From IMG/VR virus record IMGVR_UViG_3300030846_000100, positions 10,352-74,351 of that record: a stretch of DNA of 64,000 bases. One strand, written 5' to 3'. Origin of the DNA: a virus (lineage: Duplodnaviria > Caudoviricetes). The notes under the pieces were generated by a model. The model had not been told where the DNA came from and did not search any database. It worked only from the letters and a program-made list of their open reading frames with translations. Positions within the stretch are counted from its first letter, which is position 1, and every line of letters starts with the position of its first letter. Of the stretch, positions 20,009-29,970 are shown one piece after another. A program made the translations under genes and the position numbers.

Positions 20009-20836
20009 TTAATCGGCGGTTGGCTCAATTGCTTGAAACGTTTTTTTCTCCTCGGGTGACATCATTCCAGCCGTCATCTTGTACCAAGGAGAGTTCGGTG
20101 CGTCTTTCTTGATCGCATTTACGATCTCATTTTCAATGTCGGGATTGATTGTAGATTCGCGTCCTTCGTCATTCAACGGGGCATTCAAAGCGTCTGAAAT
20201 TGTATCATGACCATCATCAACTTCATCGTAAACTTTGAAATTCGTTTTCTTCGTTGACTTCCCGTCGAAAGTCTTGTCAACGAATAGAATCGGTAACTCA
20301 ACAATGATCTTTCTTCCATTCGAACGATCCACGACAAGGTAAAGGACGGATGATTTACTATGATCTCGCCAGTGCGAATCTTTATGAGCCATTGAAATGC
20401 ACCATTTCGTACCTGACCCATACATAATGCACGCTTGCCGCGTATCGATCCTGTACACTGAAAAATTACCGATCGTGGTGATCAATGGTGCACCCCGTTG
20501 CTTCGTCTTTTGCTTGATTGAATTCTTTGTAGGTGAGATTTTCAATGCTTCTTTTCGAAGATCTTCAATATCTTTATACGAATTGATATCCTTACTTGAA
20601 AATGCATCTGGACGATCATGAAATGCTTTTGTCAACATGTACAATTGATGTTCGGAAGATTTGTTTCCGAACATCTGTTTCGCCATCCAACGCAGATACT
20701 TGTTCTTTCCGGAGGGGTCATTTTTTGAAAGTCTGTCGATGATATCGATTGAAGCCATTTCATCTTCGTACTTTTTTTTCACATCGTCAACGATGCCCTC
20801 AACAACCAACAAACGAATGCATTCACGTAGCAACAT
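20009..20836 (-). CDS. Tagged hypothetical protein with a GTKWCIS (PcfJ-like) domain
   Basis: Start re-placed at MLLRECIRLLVVEG; DPSGKNKYLRWM and YGSGTKWCIS motifs. Confidence 0.7.
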   Translation of the reverse strand: MLLRECIRLLVVEGIVDDVKKKYEDEMASIDIIDRLSKNDPSGKNKYLRWMAKQMFGNKSSEHQLYMLTKAFHDRPDAFSSKDINSYKDIEDLRKEALKISPTKNSIKQKTKQRGAPLITTIGNFSVYRIDTRQACIMYGSGTKWCISMAHKDSHWRDHSKSSVLYLVVDRSNGRKIIVELPILFVDKTFDGKSTKKTNFKVYDEVDDGHDTISDALNAPLNDEGRESTINPDIENEIVNAIKKDAPNSPWYKMTAGMMSPEEKKTFQAIEPTAD

Positions 20837-21548
20837 AGTAGAACTTTCTAATAACTTTTCTCGTTCCACCGTAATCGTACAACACGACACGCCCGTCACG
20901 AGTCTTACCAAAATGGTCGGAATCGAATTCACCTGGATGCAAATCTTCACGATCAACGAGATCACGAATTCCTTCGATGAATTCTGAAAATGCTTCAACA
21001 TCTTGAGGCTCGTAATCCATCAATTCGTCGATTCCCTCGTCGTACTTTGTGATTCGTTTGATCAAAATTTCGATGTCAACTAATGATCTAGAAATCATTC
21101 CCTTTTCAGGCGGTTCGCTAATTTTTAGTGCTCTCGCCATTTGTGTATCACCATCGAATTGATGAACTAAATCAGAAATGATCCATTTGAAAATAGGATC
21201 AGAATCGTACACCTTGACAACGACGTTCTTCAAACGAGGATTCTTGCTTACTTCGACCTCGGCTTGATTTTGAGCCATTCCAGCCCCCGCATCACCTGAT
21301 ATCGTGTGACTTTTCATCTTCGCAATTTTCAACACCTTGATCGAGCTCAACAAGTAAACGTTTCTTGAGCTTCCCCATCCAAGAACCTTTAAACGTGAAT
21401 CTGCGTAGTCATTACATTCTTGCAACGTCGAAAGATTCTTGAACTCGTTCATTTTGAACTTCAACGTCTTTTTATCACCCGAATCGCTTCTGATTCGTTC
21501 GCTTAGGATGCGACGAATCAACCAACGTACATCGTTCAACGTTGACAT
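20823..21548 (-). CDS. Minimal protein-kinase-like protein (tagged)
   Basis: LGWGSSRNVY glycine loop, VLKIA lysine, QNQAE, DLHP...HFG and VLYDYG. Confidence 0.78.
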   Translation of the reverse strand: MSTLNDVRWLIRRILSERIRSDSGDKKTLKFKMNEFKNLSTLQECNDYADSRLKVLGWGSSRNVYLLSSIKVLKIAKMKSHTISGDAGAGMAQNQAEVEVSKNPRLKNVVVKVYDSDPIFKWIISDLVHQFDGDTQMARALKISEPPEKGMISRSLVDIEILIKRITKYDEGIDELMDYEPQDVEAFSEFIEGIRDLVDREDLHPGEFDSDHFGKTRDGRVVLYDYGGTRKVIRKFYYVAT

Positions 21549-21799
21549 TACTTCTTCGGCTTTCTCTTCTTTTTGACGGACGGGATTCCCATCTGCCCGG
21601 AATAACCTGCAATGCTTCCGCCGCCGCAGGAAGAGAATTCATCAAGGGCATGATCATCTTTACGATCATCGATCTTGCGGTCAATCGTATCATCGTCCTC
21701 GGCCGCATCCTTCGGACTCATCAATTGCGTCGGAATCCGTGGATCCGTTTGACCTTCGACTAGAGCACGAACGAACCTACGAAGCAACGTTTTGTTCAT
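21548..21799 (-). CDS. Small tagged acidic/basic protein
   Basis: MNKTLLRRFVRALVEG start; TATTTA 4 nt upstream. Confidence 0.65.
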   Translation of the reverse strand: MNKTLLRRFVRALVEGQTDPRIPTQLMSPKDAAEDDDTIDRKIDDRKDDHALDEFSSCGGGSIAGYSGQMGIPSVKKKRKPKK

Positions 21800-21836
21800 G
21801 AACTAAATATGTTCACAGAACAACGTTGATTATTTT

Positions 21837-22028
21837 TTACCACGCGTCGTCTTTTGAACCTTCAAGCAACCATATTCCCAGAAGGAAAAGTATTGTAAAC
21901 ACGCCAAGAATAGAACCAAAGATCTTCAACCCCTCAAGGAGGTTCGCAACTGACCAGAATTCAGTGATCACTTGTCCTCCACGACCTTGATTCTTACACG
22001 TGGCATGTAACGGGGCGCATCTACGCAA
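21837..22028 (-). CDS. Small membrane protein (start uncertain)
   Basis: C-terminal hydrophobic helix. Confidence 0.4.
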   Translation of the reverse strand: MRRCAPLHATCKNQGRGGQVITEFWSVANLLEGLKIFGSILGVFTILFLLGIWLLEGSKDDAW

Positions 22029-22255
22029 AATTCAACCTCAACGACCGTGCAATGCTTGTGCATCTTCTTGTTGTTCACGAAGATCTTGTAACCCACTCGT
22101 GGCACATGTTCAAGCTTGTTGTTGACGTTCCAGTAGTTGCTCCAGTTACCTACGCACCAAATCTCAGTAAGAATATGGTGTTTCCGAGGGCTGGTTCGTG
22201 CAATGATGACGATCATTGCAATGAACATGATCACCAACGCGACATTTGCAATCAC
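21968..22255 (-). CDS. Small membrane-anchored hypothetical protein
   Basis: N-terminal hydrophobic helix; GTGA overlap with the upstream ORF. Confidence 0.55.
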   Translation of the reverse strand: MIANVALVIMFIAMIVIIARTSPRKHHILTEIWCVGNWSNYWNVNNKLEHVPRVGYKIFVNNKKMHKHCTVVEVEFCVDAPRYMPRVRIKVVEDK

Positions 22256-22419
22256 TTCGAATTCCTTTCAACGATTCGAAACACATGTTGCAACGGAAAC
22301 TTTTGAACCTCACCATCATCGAGAAGAACGCAAAAAAGATCACCTTTTTGATACGTGTTCACCACGAATTCATGAATGATAGGTTGCGACTGCGTATAAA
22401 GATGAATCGTTACTGTCAC
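22252..22419 (-). CDS. Small hypothetical protein (55 aa, not in the ORF track)
   Basis: Hand translation MTVTIHLYTQSQP...NTYQKGDLFCV...KFPLQHVFRI; GTGA overlaps at both ends. Confidence 0.65.
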   Translation of the reverse strand: MTVTIHLYTQSQPIIHEFVVNTYQKGDLFCVLLDDGEVQKFPLQHVFRIVERNSK

Positions 22420-23027
22420 TTCTCGTTCTCCTTTTCTTGAAGCATTGACAAATAATCAGCGGTATGAACTATCGTCGCCAGCAACGGTTCCTTCGTCTTG
22501 TAAGGTTTATTTTCATCGGTATACTGCCCATCGGCGCACCTTAAAGAACAGTATTCAGAATGTGAAAGAACCAAACCAAATTTTTGACATAGCCATAATG
22601 TACGATCAGGTGATGCTAAAAACGGGATCTTATCATTGATCTTATAAAGCTCACCTAGCTTTTCTTTGTGCCACTCACTCTCATTGGGAAGATAGTAAGG
22701 AATCAATGTTCCGTCATCGTTAACGTGACAAGTCTTACCAAGATCATGAAATAAGCACCCGATGATTAGACTTTCATCAGGAACATCATAATTGAATGTC
22801 TTTTTTAGTTTTAATGCGTTGCGAAGCACTCTCAAACTATGATCACATAATCCTCCGACGCAACACATGTGATAGTGTTTTCTGCTTGAAGCAGGTGCGG
22901 TTGCAAGCACTTCACTGATCGTTTCAACGAGTTTCTTTGCAACCTCACTTCGATCACCAAGCTTGTCCAGGAACGAGCAGTACATGTTCCAGTTCTTTTC
23001 AATCTGTTCGGGCGTCAATTCACTCAT
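22416..23027 (-). CDS. HD-domain phosphohydrolase
   Basis: HSLRV and CLFHDLGK motifs; C-terminal H.AD. Confidence 0.85.
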   Translation of the reverse strand: MSELTPEQIEKNWNMYCSFLDKLGDRSEVAKKLVETISEVLATAPASSRKHYHMCCVGGLCDHSLRVLRNALKLKKTFNYDVPDESLIIGCLFHDLGKTCHVNDDGTLIPYYLPNESEWHKEKLGELYKINDKIPFLASPDRTLWLCQKFGLVLSHSEYCSLRCADGQYTDENKPYKTKEPLLATIVHTADYLSMLQEKENEK

Positions 23028-23069
23028 ACGAATTAAACCCTACACAATGTCGTTCAAAAGTTCATATTT

Positions 23070-23741
23070 ATGGACGTGATGAAAAACGACCACTTGCTTA
23101 AAAATTTCATCAGAAGTACTTTGATCGAAGCTGCGGTATCAATCGATCAAGCAAGTGGTCGTCTATTGGCGTTGAACGTTCTTGATCATGAGAAACAAAC
23201 GACGTACGTGTTGTACGACCCATCGTTGATCATTTCGTACGATGAAAATGATCTGTCATCGCTGCTTGATAAATCAATCGTAGCAACAATTTCCGTCAGA
23301 GATCCTAAAAAAGGTAACGCTTGGGGAGCTCGTGAGGTCATTGCATCCGCCGCACAAAAGGGATTTGGTCCGCTCATTTACGACATTGCAATGTCATGGG
23401 AGGGCGGACTCATACCTGATCGATTCAAGGTCAGCAGTCAAGCAAAGAACGTCTGGAAAATTTACTTTCAACGACCCGACATTGAAAAGAAAAAACTTGA
23501 CAATGTCGATGACCCAGATACACCACCTGATGTTGATGATGCGATCGTTCATGAAAAACAAGCAAATCCTCAACTAGATTACGCATACTTCATGCGTAAC
23601 GATCTTTCAACCAACAAGCTTGTTCAAAACCATTCTTTGTTTGAGTCTGAGCTTCTGAAAAGAGGAATGCAATTCATGAAAATTCAACGTATGTTCGATG
23701 ATGCATCCGCGAATTTCTTTGATAAAAAATTCTTTACTTAG
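23070..23741 (+). CDS. GNAT-like acetyltransferase paralog (tagged); lone plus-strand gene in the minus arm
   Basis: LLKNFIRSTLIEAA tag; AAQKGFGPLIYDIAM..LIPDR..VS..A..VW..Y. Confidence 0.7.
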   Translation: MDVMKNDHLLKNFIRSTLIEAAVSIDQASGRLLALNVLDHEKQTTYVLYDPSLIISYDENDLSSLLDKSIVATISVRDPKKGNAWGAREVIASAAQKGFGPLIYDIAMSWEGGLIPDRFKVSSQAKNVWKIYFQRPDIEKKKLDNVDDPDTPPDVDDAIVHEKQANPQLDYAYFMRNDLSTNKLVQNHSLFESELLKRGMQFMKIQRMFDDASANFFDKKFFT

Positions 23742-24991
23742 TACTCTGTGATTTTCACGGGATACTTGTTTCCCGCAATCTCAAAGCTTCTCAACGATTT
23801 CACGAACTCGTTCTCTGACGGGTGACAATCGACGAGCATCGCATCCACGATCAGATACAATGGCTTGATACGTTTTCCTTCGAATGACTTGATCATCTGA
23901 TCGAATCCCAGCATCGCAACGTCGGCACCCGATGATTGGCTCCACGAATTCACGAACATCCTGTCGATCGGTACCTCGATCTCAACGAGACGTCCGAACT
24001 TGTTCGTGATGTGACCTTTTTCGTAGAACTCAGACTTTACGCGTTTCAGCAAGTTCTTGGTTTCAAAGTGATCCGTGATCACCGTCATGAACGTATCGAT
24101 CGTCTCCATCGGAACATTGAGCAATTTCTGCAATGTATTCTTGCCCATTCCGTACAATTGAGCGATCACTGCTTGTTTGATCACGTTCTGCTCGCCCCGA
24201 CCACCGAACAATTGTTCGTTCAGCTCACCGTATAAGTTGACGCTATTCGATGTCTTGCCTGCTTCGTGCAACATGACACGAGGTTCGAGACTTGCAAAAT
24301 CGAGCTCGATTATCTTGCCACCCTCGAACCTCGATTCGAGCAGCGATTTACGATGTTCCTTCTTCAGGGTGAGTATCAGAGGACCTGATTCGACGGTCAA
24401 CCGACCCGTTCTTGTTCCGAAACGATTGTAACGAATGTCGTTCGCGTATCCCGCGGCGATGGGTTTGAACGTCTTGTTCGCACCAACGTTGCCGTCACCC
24501 GACGTTATCAAGCGTTCGTACTCCGCAACGTTCAACTTCGCCTTTTTCAAGGCACCGAGCACACGATTGCCTGCAAGCCAGATGTTCTGGTGGTAATCAA
24601 TGATCGATGGTTTTTCGTTGCTCTGAGACGGTCTGGAAGAATTCTGCAGGATTGATTTTAGGATACTTGATGCATCGTCAATGATTCTTCTCGAGAACTT
24701 CTCGTGTATTGCACGTGGCATGCACCAACGCCAGGGTGGCGTTTCTCCCGGAAGTACGAACGAACTTATCGCCCTAGCAAATGCCTCGGGCGGTGTCAAG
24801 TCGATCGTCGATCCGTTCAAACGAGCAATTGAGTCAAAGCATTTATCGATCAACTTCAACGAGCCGTTGAGGTACCAAGAATCATCGGGTACGTTGACAG
24901 ACCACGAGTAGTTACCATCGCGGATGAGAAAATGCCTTGACGTTCCAAGAACGTTCTTGTCAATGCAAAGTGTAATGTTCAATAGGGTCAA
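23738..24991 (-). CDS. Truncated, divergent family A DNA polymerase-like protein
   Basis: TRTGRL, motif A ELDFASLEPR, motif B IKQAVIAQLYG, motif C-like LIVDA; no recognisable exonuclease domain. Confidence 0.75.
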   Translation of the reverse strand: MTLLNITLCIDKNVLGTSRHFLIRDGNYSWSVNVPDDSWYLNGSLKLIDKCFDSIARLNGSTIDLTPPEAFARAISSFVLPGETPPWRWCMPRAIHEKFSRRIIDDASSILKSILQNSSRPSQSNEKPSIIDYHQNIWLAGNRVLGALKKAKLNVAEYERLITSGDGNVGANKTFKPIAAGYANDIRYNRFGTRTGRLTVESGPLILTLKKEHRKSLLESRFEGGKIIELDFASLEPRVMLHEAGKTSNSVNLYGELNEQLFGGRGEQNVIKQAVIAQLYGMGKNTLQKLLNVPMETIDTFMTVITDHFETKNLLKRVKSEFYEKGHITNKFGRLVEIEVPIDRMFVNSWSQSSGADVAMLGFDQMIKSFEGKRIKPLYLIVDAMLVDCHPSENEFVKSLRSFEIAGNKYPVKITEY

Positions 24992-25352
24992 GACCTAGTT
25001 GGTCCCTTAACGACGGTAGGGATGCGATGATTGTTTCACGACCGAACGGATGAACGCATGAAACGCCATCTTTCCATCTTTGGACGGTTGGCTTCGAAAT
25101 TTGTAGGAACACTGCGATCTCGACGTCGGCAATATCCTTCGTCAGGGAAGAGAATCTGATACGAAATTCGTTCTCCGACATGAAGTACTTCATGTTAATT
25201 TCAACGCCTGTAACAGTATCCTTGTATTTTGCCTTTGATGCGTACCTTTCTAGCAAAGATTGTTCGGAACGATTCTTACCTTTGTAATGCAAGCAAAAGC
25301 AGATTCCGATCGCACAGAATAGCACGATCATGCACAAAAGAAATAGCATCAT
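24960..25352 (-). CDS. Membrane-anchored protein with an HTH-like segment
   Basis: N-terminal hydrophobic helix; DVEIAVFLQISKPTVQRW. Confidence 0.5.
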   Translation of the reverse strand: MMLFLLCMIVLFCAIGICFCLHYKGKNRSEQSLLERYASKAKYKDTVTGVEINMKYFMSENEFRIRFSSLTKDIADVEIAVFLQISKPTVQRWKDGVSCVHPFGRETIIASLPSLRDQLGLDPIEHYTLH

Positions 25353-25555
25353 TTCCCCTCATTCCCACTCTTTTGGAACCTTGATTCCCCGTTCATAAAA
25401 TGATCTTTGACACGTTTACGATCCATTTCGTCGCCATAAAAGTACTTCGAAACGAATGCAATGATAATGAGTGACCACCAAACAATCCAAGCAAGGAGAA
25501 CGAGCCAGTTTTCTAGCGTTCCTTGCCATTGCCATTGAGGAAAAAGTTCATTCAT
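25349..25555 (-). CDS. Small membrane protein
   Basis: Start MNELFPQWQW; the ORF-track extension runs into tRNA-Pro. Confidence 0.5.
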   Translation of the reverse strand: MNELFPQWQWQGTLENWLVLLAWIVWWSLIIIAFVSKYFYGDEMDRKRVKDHFMNGESRFQKSGNEGK

Positions 25556-25560
25556 AAAAT

Positions 25561-25637
25561 TGGTCGGGGATGCTGGATTCGAACCAGCGATCTCTTGTCT
25601 CCAAAACAAGCGCGATACCAGGCTTCGCTAATCCCCG
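25561..25637 (-). tRNA. trnP: tRNA-Pro(UGG)
   Basis: Acceptor CGGGGAT/ATCCCCG with encoded CCA, anticodon stem CTTGT/ACAAG with loop TTTGGAG, T arm GCTGG-TTCGAAT-CCAGC. Confidence 0.95.
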
Positions 25638-25644
25638 AAAAGGT

Positions 25645-25731
25645 TGGTGGTGGAAGTCGGATTTGAATCAACAAGGCATTACGCAATCGATTTACAGTCG
25701 ACCCTCGCTGCAATTACGAGACTATTCCACC
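25645..25731 (-). tRNA. trnY: tRNA-Tyr(GUA), atypical D and T arms
   Basis: Acceptor GGTGGAA/TTCCACC with CCA, anticodon GTCGA-CTGTAAA-TCGAT, long variable arm, T loop TTCAAAT. Confidence 0.8.
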
Positions 25732-25745
25732 CTCATGTTAGTAGA

Positions 25746-25967
25746 TTACTGGCAGAGAAACGTCGTGCCGCTCCAGGCTGACTTGACGAACGTCTTTGTC
25801 ACCCCGTTGCAGGTACAACATTGACCTGTAACACTTACGCTACTGATCTTGGTGCATGCAACCGGACACGGAACGCCCGCATCAACATTCACCACGGGCG
25901 GTGGCTCAATCACGACGGGAGCCGGTTTACAAGCAACAATTGCGAGACACAAAATTAGGTACTTCAT
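25746..25967 (-). CDS. Small Cys-rich lipoprotein
   Basis: MKYLILCLAIVAC lipobox, Pro-rich linker, DAG motif, Cys-rich C-terminus. Confidence 0.65.
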   Translation of the reverse strand: MKYLILCLAIVACKPAPVVIEPPPVVNVDAGVPCPVACTKISSVSVTGQCCTCNGVTKTFVKSAWSGTTFLCQ

Positions 25968-26060
25968 TTTATTCCTTAAAGAGAGAATTTTCATTCTACC
26001 ACTTCGATTAATTACGTACACACCAAAAGTTGATTACTTTCGTTGGGCCAAGAGCGGTCA

Positions 26061-26354
26061 ATGAAACGTTATCTTATATTTTGTCAAACATCGTATGAAG
26101 TTGCCGTTGTAAATTGGTTTAATGACAATAAAATTCAATTTGACTGGCAAATCAGATTTAAAATGCCTTCGGGACGCTCGTACATCGTTGACGCCTTGAT
26201 TAAATCGGGAACTTTTGCAAATATTTACATTGAGATTAAAGGTTGGTGGCGGCATGAATCATCTCGTGAAAAATGGAAATGGTTTCAGGAAAATTACAAG
26301 AACTCTGAATTATGGGATCACGATAAATTGATACAACTTGGAATTCTCACTTAG
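26061..26354 (+). CDS. Short PD-(D/E)XK nuclease (possibly an N-truncated homing endonuclease)
   Basis: SYE..V..W, YIVD and IYIEIKGWW..S.EKW..F; AT-rich and antisense to its neighbours. Confidence 0.65.
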   Translation: MKRYLIFCQTSYEVAVVNWFNDNKIQFDWQIRFKMPSGRSYIVDALIKSGTFANIYIEIKGWWRHESSREKWKWFQENYKNSELWDHDKLIQLGILT

Positions 26355-29295
26355 GAATATCGAGGTTTTTAACAAAATTTAGTAGTGTATCGCTAGATTC
26401 ATATTGACCATACGCATCGCTCCAGACCATATTCATTGTTGTTTCGAATCGACCGGGTGATAATGTATGAGTAATTCCCGTTATACCATACCTGTTGTCG
26501 AGCGAGGTTCCCGTGTTTACGTCGAGATACCACATCTGTGCATATCGAGCTAGTGGGCAACCCAACGAGGTTACTGTAACCGCGCCGGGAATGACTCGTA
26601 ATGGTAGACCGTAAGTTCCACCTCCATTTGGTTGGGTTACTGCGGGACGCCCAGCTTTAGATGATAACATCTGTACAGAAGTCAACAGTGGATCTTGTTT
26701 CGATGCTATCGTGATGTTCGATATCGTCGAAGCATTTCCACCGTAAATGATCGTGGGTATCGTGAGACTCACCAAACGCTTGATAGTTTCGTACGATGCA
26801 CCATCTTCTATTTGGACACCGAACCTTTGATCGGGTTTCAATCGTTGACCCGTTTGCAACAAAAGTTCTTGATCGAAGTTCCTGATCGATTTTTCAATGA
26901 TCGACTTGAATTTCGTGTTCAGTTTCTCCTGTTGCTTCGAATTCTTGAATTCACGTTTGTCGGATTTCAGGATTGATCCTGCGAGTGGATAAGGATCTAT
27001 CGTCTTGTCGAAGACGTGAACCCTAAGAACCTTCGTAAAATTGGAGTCGTTCGTCTTGCCCGACAATTCATTCAAGTTGCGTTCGAACGATTTCAACAGA
27101 TCGCCCGAAGCAACGGAACTTAGAGCGACCTGCGTTGCTTCAACGTAGACGTCGATTGCAGGCATCTTGAATGGACCGTTCTTATCACCCTGTTGCGCTA
27201 AGGCTGTCTCGTAGTTATCTGATTGGTTCTTCCTGAGCTTCGCATCCTTCAATTTGGGGTCATACGGTTCGAAGTACGTGAAGAACCCGTATCCTGGTCC
27301 ACGTACGTCCTGTAACTGCGAATCAATCACGAGCTTCAGGAACTCCTCCATCGTGATTCGATCCGTCTTCCGAGTTGCAATGTGATCCTTGAATTGATCG
27401 AGAAACACGCTCATGTCGATCGGAAATTCAGCGATGTTCGTGCTCGCAGCTTTTCCCGCAGATTCATTGAACGGGTAGAAAAACATTTGAAGCTCGTCAA
27501 TGCTTGACATCGTGGCTACTGCGTTGGTCAAGAACGTGGTGAACAATTTACCGAATGACACGAGCTTTCTGAATTGCTTGTCGCTTCTGTTCTCCTTGTC
27601 ACGAAACACCGTGTTGTTGTAACGAGTCGTGATCTCGGTGAAGGGATGTTTTTGAGCGTTCAGTTGCTCAGAACGTTTCTTGTCCTTTTCCTCGGTCAAC
27701 AGGAACACGTCGACTCCCGAGCGGACCTCATCGAACAATTTCTTCACCGCAGCGTCGGCTCGATCATTGAAGCGTTGGTTGAATGCGAATTTCTTTTCCT
27801 TTGAACCTTCCGTTTCGTACAATTTTTGCAGAGCTTTCTTCAGTCCTTCCGCGGCTTCAACGTCGATCTTGTTTGATTCCTTGAGGAACGTCTTGTCGAT
27901 TTTGGACAACAACGTTGCGACTTCCTTGGGATCGATGCTAGGAAATGATCCGAACGATCCAGCCTCAATGATTTGATACGCACGAATCTCCTTCAAGACA
28001 CCGACTCCCTTGTCGAGGTTGAGCTTTTCTCTGTAACCTTGAATGTCGTCGGCAAGCTTTTGAATCTGCTTTTCGAGATCCTTGAATGAATTCTTGGTAT
28101 CAGTCACACGAATGTCCTTAAGCTCCTGCACGCCTCTCGTGTAAAGCTGGAGGTTGACTTTCACTTGCCCAACCTGGTCGAACTCGTACGAGCTATTGAC
28201 GATACCGTACGGTTCACGAACGAGTAATTTATTGTTGATGAAATTCGCGTAAGGATTGTTAGGTTCTATTGGGTGACGCCACCCGTACGTCACCCATACG
28301 GTCGTTTGTGCGTAGATCAATGGTTTGATCAAATCAGCGAGCTCGCTCAGCCTCGAACGATCATGAACTATCAATGTGAGGTTCGCAGTCTTGTAGGTCA
28401 TCATTCCAAACGTCGGTCGTACCTCGACGGTAAAGCTTTCAACGGAAGCGAGCGGCCTGAAATGATCGAGAACGTTGACGTAGCGTGAGCCCTCAGCAAC
28501 GGGAGAAGGATTCGTTAGCGTTTGCGGGGAGGTGAATAATTCCATACCACCGATCGTCATGTCTGATGGGAATTCTTTCGAACTATCAGTGTAGTCAGCA
28601 CGTATCGTGTTACCTTCAACCATCATGTCGTTCGCAGTACCATCACTGAAATCACCAGCTTGACCCTTCGTGATGTTCTGAGCACCGAGCAGGAACTTTA
28701 GCAAGCTGGGGGCATTCAATCGTGAATTCTTGAGGAACGATCTATCGAATACGAAATCGGTTGATAAATAAGGAACGCATCTCGACATCACGAGACTTGG
28801 CATAAAGTTGAGAAAGATCTCAGCATCACGTGCTGCGATTGTCAAGGGGCTGATGAAGTTCTCATCGCTGCAGATGATCGAGACGCCCTTCTCGCTCTTC
28901 GTTCTAGCGAACGGATCCAACGATACGATCCGTTCGAACTCGTTGTTCGTGATCTTTGATTGCTTCAATTGATCATCAACGTCCTGGTACATCAGTTGCC
29001 AGTCAACGCCGTTCGTTGACACGTTACCAGCTGTTGAGTAGAAACGAATTGCACGATGGAAATCCTTCGCATCCTCGTCGTTCGCCTTCAAGAGGATCTC
29101 TTCGAGTTCTTTCTTCATCGTTGCGACGGTTGGTGTTCCTCCACCGTCACGATCAACCAGCAACTTCAGAAGCCTCTTGACAATGTTCGATCTATCACCG
29201 TCCTTGACACCGCCCGTGTTCTCAATGACCCCCGAGAGGTCCGCAGGAGAGAACATGGAGAATATATTCCTTAGATCAGAAAAATCAGCGCCCAT
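26347..29295 (-). CDS. Baseplate hub / late-control-D-like structural protein
   Basis: 982 aa; C-terminal TVTSLGCP...YGITGITHTLSPGRFETT fold pattern; located in the tail block. Confidence 0.65.
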   Translation of the reverse strand: MGADFSDLRNIFSMFSPADLSGVIENTGGVKDGDRSNIVKRLLKLLVDRDGGGTPTVATMKKELEEILLKANDEDAKDFHRAIRFYSTAGNVSTNGVDWQLMYQDVDDQLKQSKITNNEFERIVSLDPFARTKSEKGVSIICSDENFISPLTIAARDAEIFLNFMPSLVMSRCVPYLSTDFVFDRSFLKNSRLNAPSLLKFLLGAQNITKGQAGDFSDGTANDMMVEGNTIRADYTDSSKEFPSDMTIGGMELFTSPQTLTNPSPVAEGSRYVNVLDHFRPLASVESFTVEVRPTFGMMTYKTANLTLIVHDRSRLSELADLIKPLIYAQTTVWVTYGWRHPIEPNNPYANFINNKLLVREPYGIVNSSYEFDQVGQVKVNLQLYTRGVQELKDIRVTDTKNSFKDLEKQIQKLADDIQGYREKLNLDKGVGVLKEIRAYQIIEAGSFGSFPSIDPKEVATLLSKIDKTFLKESNKIDVEAAEGLKKALQKLYETEGSKEKKFAFNQRFNDRADAAVKKLFDEVRSGVDVFLLTEEKDKKRSEQLNAQKHPFTEITTRYNNTVFRDKENRSDKQFRKLVSFGKLFTTFLTNAVATMSSIDELQMFFYPFNESAGKAASTNIAEFPIDMSVFLDQFKDHIATRKTDRITMEEFLKLVIDSQLQDVRGPGYGFFTYFEPYDPKLKDAKLRKNQSDNYETALAQQGDKNGPFKMPAIDVYVEATQVALSSVASGDLLKSFERNLNELSGKTNDSNFTKVLRVHVFDKTIDPYPLAGSILKSDKREFKNSKQQEKLNTKFKSIIEKSIRNFDQELLLQTGQRLKPDQRFGVQIEDGASYETIKRLVSLTIPTIIYGGNASTISNITIASKQDPLLTSVQMLSSKAGRPAVTQPNGGGTYGLPLRVIPGAVTVTSLGCPLARYAQMWYLDVNTGTSLDNRYGITGITHTLSPGRFETTMNMVWSDAYGQYESSDTLLNFVKNLDIPK

Positions 29296-29316
29296 CGTAG
29301 ATTACTTATCTACCAA

Positions 29317-29970
29317 TCAAGATGGTTCCCCCGCATCATACCTCATCGAAAAATACGATCTTGAGGCTTCGTTGAACACGTAATCTGGATCCGACATTTC
29401 AACGTTAGAAATGACAACCTTGTCGTTATCGAACAGTTCTTTTATAGAAGGAAAGTACTCTAGCGAGTACGCGTAATTAAGAACATGTGATTTGCTATCG
29501 TAGTACACGAACGAGTCATCTTCGGGGGATGGGGTAACTGGATCGCTGATATCATCAAGTTCCCTTGCATCAACGTCCGGTCTTTCTTTGTACTTTTTCC
29601 ACACGTTCAAGGCTGATTTTGATACTTTGTCCCTGTCGGAAATCAATGCACCTTCGAACGCCATTGCAATGTCGTACATCAGGGGACCGTAACCTTTTTC
29701 AGCCGCGGAATTCGCAACCTCCTTCGCGCCCCAAGCTTTCCCTTCGGGATTTTTCACGGTTATTGTTCCAACGATCGAATCCTCAATCGGACCCACGAGA
29801 TCAGCATCATCATGGCGATAATCTTCAAAGAATTCTCCAATCTTCTTCATGAATTCTTTCGTATCGTACAACGTGTAGACAACGAAGGTATCATCGATCG
29901 ATCGATGCAGTGCTAAACCACGACGCTTCGCCTCGGGAACTGAGATCGCCGCCTCGAATAGTTTCTTCAT
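29317..29970 (-). CDS. GNAT-like acetyltransferase paralog (short tag)
   Basis: MKKLFEAAIS; AAEKGYGPLMYDIAM..LISDR..VS..A..VW..Y. Confidence 0.7.
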   Translation of the reverse strand: MKKLFEAAISVPEAKRRGLALHRSIDDTFVVYTLYDTKEFMKKIGEFFEDYRHDDADLVGPIEDSIVGTITVKNPEGKAWGAKEVANSAAEKGYGPLMYDIAMAFEGALISDRDKVSKSALNVWKKYKERPDVDARELDDISDPVTPSPEDDSFVYYDSKSHVLNYAYSLEYFPSIKELFDNDKVVISNVEMSDPDYVFNEASRSYFSMRYDAGEPS

